A DNA stretch of 64,000 nt, taken from assembly GCA_045805065.1 (NCBI GenBank), contig JBJMMA010000060.1, forward strand, positions 15,462 through 79,461, read 5' to 3'. Positions 1 to 8,652 of this stretch are shown piece by piece. The translations under genes were made by a program, and so were the position numbers. This DNA is from Bdellovibrionia bacterium. Its GTDB lineage: Bacteria; Bdellovibrionota; UBA1018. The notes beneath the pieces are model-generated. The model did no database searches. It was not told the DNA's origin and saw only the letters and a list, made by a program, of their open reading frames with translations. The first letter of the stretch is position 1; the number at the start of each line of letters is the position of its first letter.

Positions 1-1
1 C

Positions 2-589
2 GGCCGCCAATGTGTACTCTTCCCGCGTGTCACGCTCTATGAGCTGACCTCCGTTGGAGATCGAGTGCGTTTGCACGCGGGTGTGGTGCTTGGAGCCGAC
101 GGGTTTGGCTATGCTCCTCGTCGTGAGAATGGAAAAGTCGTCGGACACGAAAAGATTTATCATGTCGGTCGCGTGATCGTTGGCAACGACGTTGAAATCG
201 GTGCAAACACTTGTGTCGATCGCGGCACGATGGGTGATACGGTTATTCGAGACATGGCCAAGATCGATGATCAGGTCATGATCGGCCACAATTGCCGCCT
301 CGATGTCGGGGCTGTGATTTGCGGCAACGCGGGGCTTGCAGGTCGCGCGAAAATCGGCAAGTTTACTTATATAGGTGGAATGGCGGGAGTTGGGAATGAC
401 ACCGAGATTGGCGATGGAGCCATGGTCGGTGCGCTCTCTGTTGTTGCTGCTGATGTTGAACCAGGCGTCTCCATGATTGGAAATCCGAGCCGCACGGTAC
501 GCGATCACAACCGGATTCATGTGCTTTTGAACCGGATGCTGAGGGAGAAAGAGAAAAATGATTCATCCAAGCGCAATCGTTCATCCTGA
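2..589 (+). CDS. lpxD: UDP-3-O-acylglucosamine N-acyltransferase LpxD, C-terminal part (5' end lies outside the window)
   Basis: Frame 2 is open from the window edge. The translation shows hexapeptide-repeat beta-helix strings (GDRVRLHAGVVLGADGFGYA..., VGNDVEIGANTCVDRG, IGHNCRLDVGAVICGNAGLAG) typical of the LpxD C-terminus. It overlaps lpxA by 32 nt, as in lpx operons. Confidence 0.8.
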   Translation, partial: GRQCVLFPRVTLYELTSVGDRVRLHAGVVLGADGFGYAPRRENGKVVGHEKIYHVGRVIVGNDVEIGANTCVDRGTMGDTVIRDMAKIDDQVMIGHNCRLDVGAVICGNAGLAGRAKIGKFTYIGGMAGVGNDTEIGDGAMVGALSVVAADVEPGVSMIGNPSRTVRDHNRIHVLLNRMLREKEKNDSSKRNRSS

Positions 590-1331
590 AGCTCAAATTG
601 ACCCTTCGGTTGAAGTGGGCCCAATGTGCATCATTGGACCGAAAGTGAAAATCGGTCGTGGCACCAAGCTGATGGGCCATGTCGTCATCGAAGGTCGCAC
701 GACGATCGGTGAAAACAACACCATCCATGCTTTTGCTGTCCTGGGTGGCGTTCCTCAAGATTTGAAATACAAAGGCGAAGATACCGAGCTGATCATCGGT
801 AACAACAACACCATTCGCGAGTCTGTCACAATGAACCTTGGAACTGTTCAAGGCGGTGGCAAGACGGTTCTCGGTGATCATAATCTGATCATGGCTTATT
901 CCCACTTGGGGCATGATTGCATCGTTGGCAGCCATTGCATCCTCGCTAACTCTGCGGGACTTGCAGGACATGTGATCCTGGAAGACTACGTGACGCTTGC
1001 TGGTCTTTGCGGTGTATCTCAATTTGTTCGTGTTGGTGCGCATTGCTACATTGCGGGCTACACGGGGCTTGAGCGCGATGTGCCTCCCTATTGCCTGGCT
1101 ATGGGTCTTCGCCCAACCTCGATCAAGGGCGCCAATATTGTCGGACTCCGCCGTCGCGGAATGCCGGCAGAAACCATTCAGAAGATCAATGAAGCAATCA
1201 AACTCTGGATGCGTCCGGACATTCAAAAGGATCAATGCCTGCTTGAGATCGAAGCTCAGTATGGCGAGTACCCAGAGATCCAGCGCTTTGTCGCGTTCAT
1301 CCGCGCAAGCGAAGCTGGAGTTTGCCGCTAA
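558..1331 (+). CDS. lpxA: acyl-ACP:UDP-GlcNAc O-acyltransferase LpxA
   Basis: 257 aa. It starts MIHPSAIVHPEAQIDPSVEVGPMCIIGPKVKIG and carries hexapeptide repeats plus a C-terminal helical domain. It sits between lpxD and lpxB. Confidence 0.85.
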   Translation: MIHPSAIVHPEAQIDPSVEVGPMCIIGPKVKIGRGTKLMGHVVIEGRTTIGENNTIHAFAVLGGVPQDLKYKGEDTELIIGNNNTIRESVTMNLGTVQGGGKTVLGDHNLIMAYSHLGHDCIVGSHCILANSAGLAGHVILEDYVTLAGLCGVSQFVRVGAHCYIAGYTGLERDVPPYCLAMGLRPTSIKGANIVGLRRRGMPAETIQKINEAIKLWMRPDIQKDQCLLEIEAQYGEYPEIQRFVAFIRASEAGVCR

Positions 1332-1340
1332 ACTCGATTT

Positions 1341-2567
1341 GTGAAAATCCTGATCTCAGCCGCAGAGACCTCGTCGGATCAACACGGGGCACAGCTATTA
1401 CGTGCGCTTCAGCGCGAATGCGCGCAACGAGGCGAGAGTCTTGAAGCGTTTGGGATTGGCGGGCCAGCACTCCAGCAGGCAGGGCTTCGTATCCTTGTGG
1501 ATGCGCGAAGCCTTTTGGTCATGGGGTTTACGGAGGTTTTAAGCAGGCTGCCGACAATCTTTGCTGCGTTGAAAACCGTGACAAGGTCTGCTGCGCAGGA
1601 GAAGCCTGACGTTGCAGTTGTCATTGATTACCCTGATTTTCATTTTCGTCTGGCCAAGAGACTCAAGCGTCAGGGCGTGCCGGTGATTTATTTCATCCCG
1701 CCAAAAATCTGGGCATGGAGAAAAGGCCGGATCAAAATTCTTCGTGAAAGGTTTGTGCGCGTCTTGAGCATTCTGCCTTTCGAAGTCGACTTTTACAGGC
1801 GCGAGAAAATGCCGGTGTCTTATGTCGGAAATCCGCTTGTCGATGAGTTGCCGTTGAAGCTGACTCGATCCGAGGCAAGGCAGCATCTCGGCCTCACTGA
1901 GAAGTGCCCGGTCTTTGTCATGATGCCCGGAAGCAGGCCAAACGAGCTCAAGTATCATCTGGATTTGATGCTGGGTGCGGCACTGCTGGCATCTCAAAGA
2001 ATTCAAAAGGAGCAGGGTGAGAGGCTTGTCGCGCTTCTTCCTCTTCCACAGACTTCCGAGATCGGCCTGATTGAAAAGCGAATCAACGAGTGGAAGGCAA
2101 GACATCCTGATCATGCATCGACGCTGGATTTGAGGCTTTCTCAAGGAAATGCGCATGAGTGCATGGTCGCGGCAGATGCAGGTTTGATCAAGTCAGGAAC
2201 TTCGACTCTCGAAGCGGGCGTTTTAGGCTGCGTTCACTCGATCATGTATCGAACGAACAAGCTGACGCATTTTATATTCGACCATCTCATTCGCTACAAG
2301 GGCCCGGTGGGACTTGTTAATCTGGTAGCAGGATGGACAGAGGGAAAGCCTCTTCTGATTCGAGAGATTATCCATCATCATCAGACAGAAGAAGAGCTCT
2401 CCGAGGAGCTTTTGTCAATTTATCAGGATCAGGAGCGGCGCGCTCGGATTCAGGAAGGGCTTGCTCGCGTGCGGCAGATCGTAGTGGGTGAGAACGAAGG
2501 AAAAAGTCCAAGCGAAGTGGCAGCGCGGGAGATCATCGAATGGGTTCGCTCGTCACCAGCGCGCTGA
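1341..2567 (+). CDS. lpxB: lipid-A-disaccharide synthase LpxB
   Basis: 408 aa with a GTG start. The N-terminus ILISAAETSSDQHGAQLL and the PGSR..E glycosyltransferase core match LpxB (GT19). Confidence 0.8.
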   Translation: MKILISAAETSSDQHGAQLLRALQRECAQRGESLEAFGIGGPALQQAGLRILVDARSLLVMGFTEVLSRLPTIFAALKTVTRSAAQEKPDVAVVIDYPDFHFRLAKRLKRQGVPVIYFIPPKIWAWRKGRIKILRERFVRVLSILPFEVDFYRREKMPVSYVGNPLVDELPLKLTRSEARQHLGLTEKCPVFVMMPGSRPNELKYHLDLMLGAALLASQRIQKEQGERLVALLPLPQTSEIGLIEKRINEWKARHPDHASTLDLRLSQGNAHECMVAADAGLIKSGTSTLEAGVLGCVHSIMYRTNKLTHFIFDHLIRYKGPVGLVNLVAGWTEGKPLLIREIIHHHQTEEELSEELLSIYQDQERRARIQEGLARVRQIVVGENEGKSPSEVAAREIIEWVRSSPAR

Positions 2568-3508
2568 ATAGTTTTGCCTCTCTGCTTTGGGCTACGGGAA
2601 CGGCTTGCGCACGCTCCCTCTCAAAATCAAAGACTAGGCTTCCGGCAAAAGTCATCAGCATTGGAAATATCCAGGTTGGCGGAGCAGGCAAGACTCCGCT
2701 TGTCGCGTACCTTGCTGGGCAAGCTCATGAGCGGGGCAAGCAGGTCTGTATCTTGACTCGTGGATATGGGGCTCAATGGGAAAAAGCAGGCGGCGTGATC
2801 ACGCCTCAAGAGAGTGATCTGAATCCTGCGGATTGTGGAGACGAAGCGCTTCTCTTGCATGAGCTTGCACCTTACGCATGGATTGGAGTCGGCGCGGATC
2901 GTGCCCGACAGTTTCATGCGGTGGCCGACGCGATCAGGGCTCAAGGCTTGCCTCAGATTGATCTTGTGATTCTGGACGATGGTTTTCAGAATCATCGCCT
3001 GGAGAAGGATCTCGATATTGTCGCTCTGACCTCGGCTCACTGGGGGCAGAAAATCTTCAGGGACTTTCGCAGCGCTTTGAAGAAAGCGCACCTTCTGGTC
3101 TGGACGAAAGGGGATGAGTGTCCTCGCGCTTTGGCCAAATGGGGCAGACCATTTGTCCGGGTTCATATGAAATTGGATCCTCCCTTCTTTGCCTCGCGCT
3201 TTCTTCTGATCACGGGCCTTGCGGATGGAGCGCAGGCGCGCAGATCCATGGAACAAGCAGGATACCGGATCGAAAAGCATCTGACTTTCCCGGATCATGC
3301 TCGTTATGCATCCATTGTAACGCAGACGATTATTGATGATGCTCGGACGCTGGGATTGAAGCTTTTGATGACCGGAAAAGACTGGGTGAAATGGAGAACT
3401 CTTGTAGGAGAGCAACTGAAGGGTTCGATGATCGAAGTGGTTGAACCTCAACTGCGACTTGACCCCGAGGATGAAAAGATTTGGAATCAGGTGATATGGG
3501 AAAGCTGA
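2540..3508 (+). CDS. lpxK: tetraacyldisaccharide 4'-kinase LpxK
   Basis: 322 aa. An N-terminal hydrophobic segment is followed by the P-loop VISIGNIQVGGAGKTPLVAYLA that is diagnostic for LpxK. It overlaps the lpxB stop by 28 nt. Confidence 0.8.
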   Translation: MGSLVTSALNSFASLLWATGTACARSLSKSKTRLPAKVISIGNIQVGGAGKTPLVAYLAGQAHERGKQVCILTRGYGAQWEKAGGVITPQESDLNPADCGDEALLLHELAPYAWIGVGADRARQFHAVADAIRAQGLPQIDLVILDDGFQNHRLEKDLDIVALTSAHWGQKIFRDFRSALKKAHLLVWTKGDECPRALAKWGRPFVRVHMKLDPPFFASRFLLITGLADGAQARRSMEQAGYRIEKHLTFPDHARYASIVTQTIIDDARTLGLKLLMTGKDWVKWRTLVGEQLKGSMIEVVEPQLRLDPEDEKIWNQVIWES

Positions 3509-4407
3509 GCCTGCCTTTATTTTACGCCTTCGGCTGGTTTTTATATCTTTTGCCCGGACGGCTCCGAATTGCGCTTGGGAATGCCTTTGGCGCTGTCTTG
3601 GGCCTGCTGAAGCTTCGTCAAAAAGTTGTGATTCAGAACCTGGTGCTTGCGTATCCGGATAATCCTGAAAAGCAGATTGCCACTCTCAAGGGCTCTTACC
3701 GCCATCTGGGAAATCTGTTCTTAGAGATTCTTCTTCTTTTTGGCCCAATGCGAAGATTTGCAACCCATAAGGTGACGATCACGGGGGGCGAGAACTGGAA
3801 AAAGGCTCATTCTCAAGGCAAAGGGGTTTTCTTTCTCGCAAGCCATGTTGGCAATTGGGAGATCATGTCAGCGGGCGGCGGAGTGCAGCTGGGCATGGAC
3901 CTCATGCTTGTGACCAAGCACTTGAAGCCTGAGTGGCTTCATCAAGCGGTTGAGAAATGTCGCGGTCGCTGTAATGTCCGTGCGACTTATGAGCCCAAGA
4001 CTTTGCGAGATGTCCTGGCTCATCTGAAAAGAGGCGGAACGGTAGGATTTGTTCTGGATCAATATGCCGGGCCTCCGGTGGGAGTCCGAGTTCCTGTTTT
4101 TGGTGTTCCGGTTGGAACGACAACGGCAGTTGCAATGCTGGCCAAGCGGACGGGCGCCCCGGTTCTCCCTGTGGTTAATTACCGGGAGCCGAATGGGCGA
4201 TACCGGATTGAGATCAGGCCGCCCATTCAGTGGGAAGAAGGGGACGCTACTACGGAGGTGGCCGTTAATACCGCTCGCTTTGCGGCGCTCATGGAGAAAG
4301 ATATTCACGCTCATCCTGAGCAGTGGCTCTGGATCCATCGCCGTTTCAAAGGGGATTTGTCTCCTATTCGTGAAGGTGAGTGGGCCGAGGGGCGCGCTCG
4401 CCGGTAA
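3481..4407 (+). CDS. lpxL: lipid A biosynthesis late acyltransferase (LpxL/HtrB/MsbB family)
   Basis: 308 aa. An N-terminal membrane anchor is followed by the acyltransferase motif FLASHVGNWE (the H-x4-E/D box). It follows lpxK. The real start may be M6 (3496). Confidence 0.65.
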   Translation: MESGDMGKLSLPLFYAFGWFLYLLPGRLRIALGNAFGAVLGLLKLRQKVVIQNLVLAYPDNPEKQIATLKGSYRHLGNLFLEILLLFGPMRRFATHKVTITGGENWKKAHSQGKGVFFLASHVGNWEIMSAGGGVQLGMDLMLVTKHLKPEWLHQAVEKCRGRCNVRATYEPKTLRDVLAHLKRGGTVGFVLDQYAGPPVGVRVPVFGVPVGTTTAVAMLAKRTGAPVLPVVNYREPNGRYRIEIRPPIQWEEGDATTEVAVNTARFAALMEKDIHAHPEQWLWIHRRFKGDLSPIREGEWAEGRARR

Positions 4408-4459
4408 GACTTTAAGGGAGCCCTCGACAATCGCGAATCGATCTCCTAATCTTAAATAT

Positions 4460-5554
4460 ATGTTAAGAAAACGCAGCTGGCTTCCTCTTGCGACTTCACT
4501 TTTCTTGAGTGTGGGATGCGCAGGGGGCGCATTCACCAAGATTGAAAAGAACACCGAACTTCCCAAAGAGCTTTCCTCGGATGTGAAGGAAAAGTTCGAA
4601 GTGCGTGATCTCAACCAATTGAAGAGCCAAGGTCCAAGCGTCGCATCGGCGAAAACTCTCTCTTCGTCCGCGCCAGATGCTCACGCGACCGTAGTTGCGC
4701 AAGTCACGGATGCAAAGGCCCCCGAAAAGGTTTCAGCCAAGCCAGCAGAGAAGATTTCCAAAAAGAAGAGAAAAGAAAAGCTGGCTGCAGCAACACCGGC
4801 CCCTGCGTCCGTTGCTCCTTTTGTTTTTCCATCCAGAAGACCGGCAAAGGATCCGATCTGGGTAGGTGAGAAGCTCACCTACGAAGTAACCTATCTGGGA
4901 ATTCCCGCCGGCACATTCACGCTTGAAGCTCTTCCTTATAAAGCCGTGGGTGATAGGAAAGTTTATCACATCATGGCCAAGGCCTGGAATTCGGCTGTAT
5001 TTGGTCTGATGTACAAGCTCGATGACTATATTGAGACGTACATCGATTTTGATGGTTTCTTCTCGCATCGGTTCCATCTTCATCAGGACGAGACCAAGCA
5101 GGTTCGCGATTCACTTGAGCTCTATGATTCAGAGAAAAAGCAGAGCTATTGGTGGAACCGCTGGGATCGCAAAGAACGGGGCTATTCAGAAAACAAAGAC
5201 TTCTATCCGATGGATTCATTTCCGCAGGACACGCTCTCCTCGCTTTACTACTTGAGAACAGTGGCGTTGCCTCCGGGCGGAACGGTGAGCTTTCCGGTGA
5301 TGTCCGAAGGCAAGCCGCTCACGGCCTACGTCACGGTGGTTGGACGCGAAGAGGTGGATACCGCGGCAGGCGTGCTGAGAACCGTGAAGGTCAAACCGGA
5401 AGCAGCGACGCGCGGCGTCCTTGAGCGTAAAGGCGATAGCTATATGTGGCTCACGGACGACGACAGGCGTTTCCTGGTCAAGATTGAAGCAAAAGTCAAA
5501 ATCGGCTACGTTGTGGCTGAACTCAAAAAAATCGAACCTGGTACGGCTCCATAA
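4460..5554 (+). CDS. hypothetical lipoprotein (lipobox LSVGC) with a lysine-rich linker, inside the lpx cluster
   Basis: ATG at 4460 is in frame with the long ORF 4049..5554, whose upstream part overlaps lpxL in another frame. The product starts MLRKRSWLPLATSLFLSVGC with a signal peptide and lipobox, then has a KISKKKRKEK low-complexity tract, then a conserved-looking domain. Confidence 0.6.
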   Translation: MLRKRSWLPLATSLFLSVGCAGGAFTKIEKNTELPKELSSDVKEKFEVRDLNQLKSQGPSVASAKTLSSSAPDAHATVVAQVTDAKAPEKVSAKPAEKISKKKRKEKLAAATPAPASVAPFVFPSRRPAKDPIWVGEKLTYEVTYLGIPAGTFTLEALPYKAVGDRKVYHIMAKAWNSAVFGLMYKLDDYIETYIDFDGFFSHRFHLHQDETKQVRDSLELYDSEKKQSYWWNRWDRKERGYSENKDFYPMDSFPQDTLSSLYYLRTVALPPGGTVSFPVMSEGKPLTAYVTVVGREEVDTAAGVLRTVKVKPEAATRGVLERKGDSYMWLTDDDRRFLVKIEAKVKIGYVVAELKKIEPGTAP

Positions 5555-5570
5555 GTCCTAAACCCATAAG

Positions 5571-6647
5571 ATGAAAAACATCCTCGTCCGCTCCCCGAAC
5601 TGGATCGGCGACCAAATACTCGCATATCCCTTCTTTCATTACTTGAGGAACGCTTATCCTCGGGCAAGGATCGGCGTGACGTGCGTGCCATGGGTGCAGT
5701 CTCTTCAGTTTCGAAATCTGGTGGATGAGGTGATTCCTCTCGAAAAGCCAGAGGACCCTGGGCTCATGGGCAGGTTCAAGAATCTTGAAGAATCTGCAAA
5801 AGCCATTCGCGAGCGCGGCCCATGGGATATGGGAATCATCCTTCCCAATTCGTTTTCAGCGGCATGGATGTTTTTTCGCGCGGGAGTCAGTCATCGTCGC
5901 GGCTACAATACCGATAGCAGAAAACTTCTTTTAAACGATGCAGTCCATTGGCCAACGCAATCCATTGAGCATCGGGCGCAAGCTTATGTGAATCTTTTGC
6001 CTGATGAAGTGAGGCCAAAGCGCCCGGTTTCCGAGTTCTGGGGAATCCCTGCGGAAAATGAACTCGATGATGACATTCCTGGCGAGGTTGAGTTCTTTGA
6101 CGCGAAAAAGGCTTGGCCTGATGCCGAAGTCCTGGAGCCACCCAAAGGCGATTACTGGGTCCTTGCTCCTGGGTCGCAAGCTGAGTCTCGTCGCTGGCCA
6201 ATTGAGAAGTTCGCGGACCTTGCTCGCGAGATCGCACAGACCAAGGGATGGACGGGAGTAGTGGTTGGAGGCCTGGCGGAGTCCAGGCTTGCCGAGACTC
6301 TGTGCGAGGATCCGGAACTGAAGCTCATCGACATGACCGCGCAGGGACCGGTTCCGTCGCTTTGGAAAATTTTCTCCGGCGCCAAATTCTCGGTCTGCAA
6401 CGATAGCGGTCTTGCTCATGTTGCAGCCCTTTGCGGCTCACCTGTGGAGATCGTCTGGGGCGCAGGCGATCCCAAGCGCACGCGTCCGATCGGTCGCAAG
6501 AAAGTTCAGATGATTTTCCAGCCAACTGAATGTTGGCCATGCGAACGCAACACATGTCGCCTTCCTGCTGGAAGACAGCTTGAATGCCTGCGTGGAATTC
6601 AGCCTGAAGCCGTATGGAAGGAGATTCAAAGTGGAATCCGGCCCTAA
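5571..6647 (+). CDS. ADP-heptose:LPS heptosyltransferase (glycosyltransferase family 9, WaaC/WaaF-like)
   Basis: 358 aa. The N-terminus ILVRSPNWIGDQILAYPFFHYL and the C-terminal GNDSGLAHVAAALG-like motif (CNDSGLAHVAALCGSP) are hallmarks of GT9 heptosyltransferases. Confidence 0.75.
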   Translation: MKNILVRSPNWIGDQILAYPFFHYLRNAYPRARIGVTCVPWVQSLQFRNLVDEVIPLEKPEDPGLMGRFKNLEESAKAIRERGPWDMGIILPNSFSAAWMFFRAGVSHRRGYNTDSRKLLLNDAVHWPTQSIEHRAQAYVNLLPDEVRPKRPVSEFWGIPAENELDDDIPGEVEFFDAKKAWPDAEVLEPPKGDYWVLAPGSQAESRRWPIEKFADLAREIAQTKGWTGVVVGGLAESRLAETLCEDPELKLIDMTAQGPVPSLWKIFSGAKFSVCNDSGLAHVAALCGSPVEIVWGAGDPKRTRPIGRKKVQMIFQPTECWPCERNTCRLPAGRQLECLRGIQPEAVWKEIQSGIRP

Positions 6648-6681
6648 GGCTTTGACCGAGCTTTCAGCGCTTGTTGATTCG

Positions 6682-7878
6682 TTGGAAAACAGGCTCAACC
6701 TTACGGTGTTCTGTCTGTCACAATCCTGGGGAGGCCTGGAGCAGGTTGCAGCAAATGATGCTCTGGATGTGGGCTCATTAGGATTAAAGGCGCAGGTCGT
6801 GTGCCTGGAAAATTCTCCCATTCATCGTTTTCTCGCTACCCATAAAGAAGTGAAGGTATTGCCCATTTCTTTCAGGCCAAGAAATTATTTCGATCTTGGA
6901 ATGCGCTCGGAGATGAGGCGCATCGTCAGTGAAGGCTCCAATCTTCTGCATACGCATCAGACGTCGATCCTGGGCTCGATCGTTCCCTGGATTTGGTCCG
7001 AGCCATCCGTTGCGATGATCGCAAGCCGGCACATCATGAATAACCATCGCAAGAAAAGCTTTCTTCACCGCGCGATTTACAGGCGTGTGGACGCTCTTTT
7101 GGTGATGAGCGAGACCTTGCGCCGCAATATCATCGAAACGCACGCGATCGCAGAACGGAAAGTGAAAGTCGTTTCTCTTGGACTGGATTTTGATCGCTTT
7201 GACCCTGAACGCGTGGATCGTAATGGCCCACGTGCTCAATGGGGTGCTGATGCTGACACGACTGTGATCGGACTCGTAGGTCGAATTGATCCTGCCAAGG
7301 GACAGGCAACTTTCATCAAAGCTGCTGCAGGTCTTTTGAAAGGCTCGGACACACAGCAGAAGCTCAAGTTTGTGATCGTAGGGGATGAGACGCGCGGGTC
7401 GAACCTCAATTATTTGAAAGATCTGAAGCAGATGGTGGCTCAGTTCCGCCTGGAAGATCATGTCGTCTTTACTGGTTTTCAAGAGAACATCCCCGAGATC
7501 ATGAGTGCGCTCGATGTTTTTGTCATGCCTTCGCGACAAGAGGCTTTTGGTCTGGTTGCAATCGAGGCCATGGCCATGAGTTGCCCAGTGGTCATTTCTC
7601 AAGGCGGCAGCGCAGAGGAGATCGTCGGCACCGGGGGAGCTTTGATGCGTGCTGCAGACCAGAGTGGTGCAACTTCGGATCGATTGGGTCTCATCATGAG
7701 GCCTGATGATGCATTCGATCTTCAGCAAAAGCTCAAGTACCTGCTCGATCATCCAACAGAGCGAGTGGAAATGGGCAAACGTGCGCGCGCGCACGTGCTG
7801 GGACGCTATGATCGAAAGCTAAGACTCAGGCGGACTCTTGAGATCTATGAGCGTGCGCTACGTCGGCGACGCAACTGA
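6682..7878 (+). CDS. glycosyltransferase family 4 (WaaG/RfaG-like)
   Basis: The GT-B C-terminal signature is present: VGRIDPAKGQ...FVMPSRQEAFGLVAIEAMAMSCPVVIS, an EX7E-type motif. The ORF at 6580 begins inside the upstream gene, so a TTG at 6682 (or the GTG at 6706) is the more plausible start. Confidence 0.65.
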   Translation: MENRLNLTVFCLSQSWGGLEQVAANDALDVGSLGLKAQVVCLENSPIHRFLATHKEVKVLPISFRPRNYFDLGMRSEMRRIVSEGSNLLHTHQTSILGSIVPWIWSEPSVAMIASRHIMNNHRKKSFLHRAIYRRVDALLVMSETLRRNIIETHAIAERKVKVVSLGLDFDRFDPERVDRNGPRAQWGADADTTVIGLVGRIDPAKGQATFIKAAAGLLKGSDTQQKLKFVIVGDETRGSNLNYLKDLKQMVAQFRLEDHVVFTGFQENIPEIMSALDVFVMPSRQEAFGLVAIEAMAMSCPVVISQGGSAEEIVGTGGALMRAADQSGATSDRLGLIMRPDDAFDLQQKLKYLLDHPTERVEMGKRARAHVLGRYDRKLRLRRTLEIYERALRRRRN

Positions 7879-7904
7879 GCATATCCGGTTCAGGCTGGTC
7901 CGGC

Positions 7905-8432
7905 TCAGGCTGGACGCTTTCTCCAGACTTCGCGGAGCGTCGTCACGGATTTCCCAAGGACGCGCACAGCCTCTTGAGTGTCACCGCGGAGGCGCTGGAT
8001 CTGTTCTAGAGGTGCTCGAACAGCCCAAGTGAGCTGGTCGGCATTCATTTGAACTCGGGAATTGATCTGGCTTGCGACCCTCAAGACCGGAGATGAAGTG
8101 GTCTGGCCATACTCATGATCGAGGTAAGCAATGATGGCGTTTGCTCCATAAAGCTTTGTTCCCGTCAGGTGATCGACCAGGAATGGAACTTCGACCCTAC
8201 CGCCAGCTTGAGCAAGCTGTTCATTCTTTAAGGCGTCTCCCATGCGAACATTCCTTAAAAGGTAGTCCAGGCCCAGCTGGGATAGGCGATTCCGGACGGC
8301 ATGAGAACCTGGGTCGCTCTCACGCTGATAGAGTTCCAGCTGTGTTTCCGAGCCCGGGTGAGTCTTTCTAGCGGAAGCTCTTTTCTTTGTTTTTTCAGTG
8401 GTTTGAGATTTTTTAAAGTTGGATTCAGCCAT
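7905..8432 (-). CDS. glutathione S-transferase N-terminal-domain / glutaredoxin-2-like protein
   Basis: The internal ATG at 8432 is preceded by AGGGGA. The product begins MAESNFKK and contains LELYQRESDPGSHAVRNRLSQLGLDYLLRNV...EVPFLVDH...YGANAIIAYLDHEYG, which matches the thioredoxin-fold GST-N pattern. Confidence 0.55.
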   Translation of the reverse strand: MAESNFKKSQTTEKTKKRASARKTHPGSETQLELYQRESDPGSHAVRNRLSQLGLDYLLRNVRMGDALKNEQLAQAGGRVEVPFLVDHLTGTKLYGANAIIAYLDHEYGQTTSSPVLRVASQINSRVQMNADQLTWAVRAPLEQIQRLRGDTQEAVRVLGKSVTTLREVWRKRPA

Positions 8433-8652
8433 GATATTCCCCTGTTCGTAGATCGAAACCTGTCCGGTGGGCTCGACGGCTCGCACAGCGTGCAATAGCA
8501 ATGCCGGACGCTCCGGTTTTCACTTTGACAAACAGGGGGTTGAATCACTATAAGTAGGGGACTTCGAGGGTTCCACGGTGAGTTCCCGTCTGCGCTGCCT
8601 TGCGGCGCTGGGTACCGCTTGGATCTCTCTTAAAGAAAGGCCTATTTATCCA

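Noticed and set aside
4049-4459. N-terminal 137 codons of the track ORF 4049..5554, overlapping lpxL in another frame
   Set aside because: lpxL (frame 1, acyltransferase motif) clearly occupies this stretch. The lipoprotein begins at the in-frame ATG 4460, which gives a proper signal peptide and lipobox.
6580-6681. Track start of the GT4 glycosyltransferase ORF at 6580
   Set aside because: It lies 68 nt inside the preceding heptosyltransferase gene. The conserved N-terminal GT4 motif (FCLSQSWGGLEQ) begins after 6700, so a TTG/GTG start at 6682-6706 is preferred.
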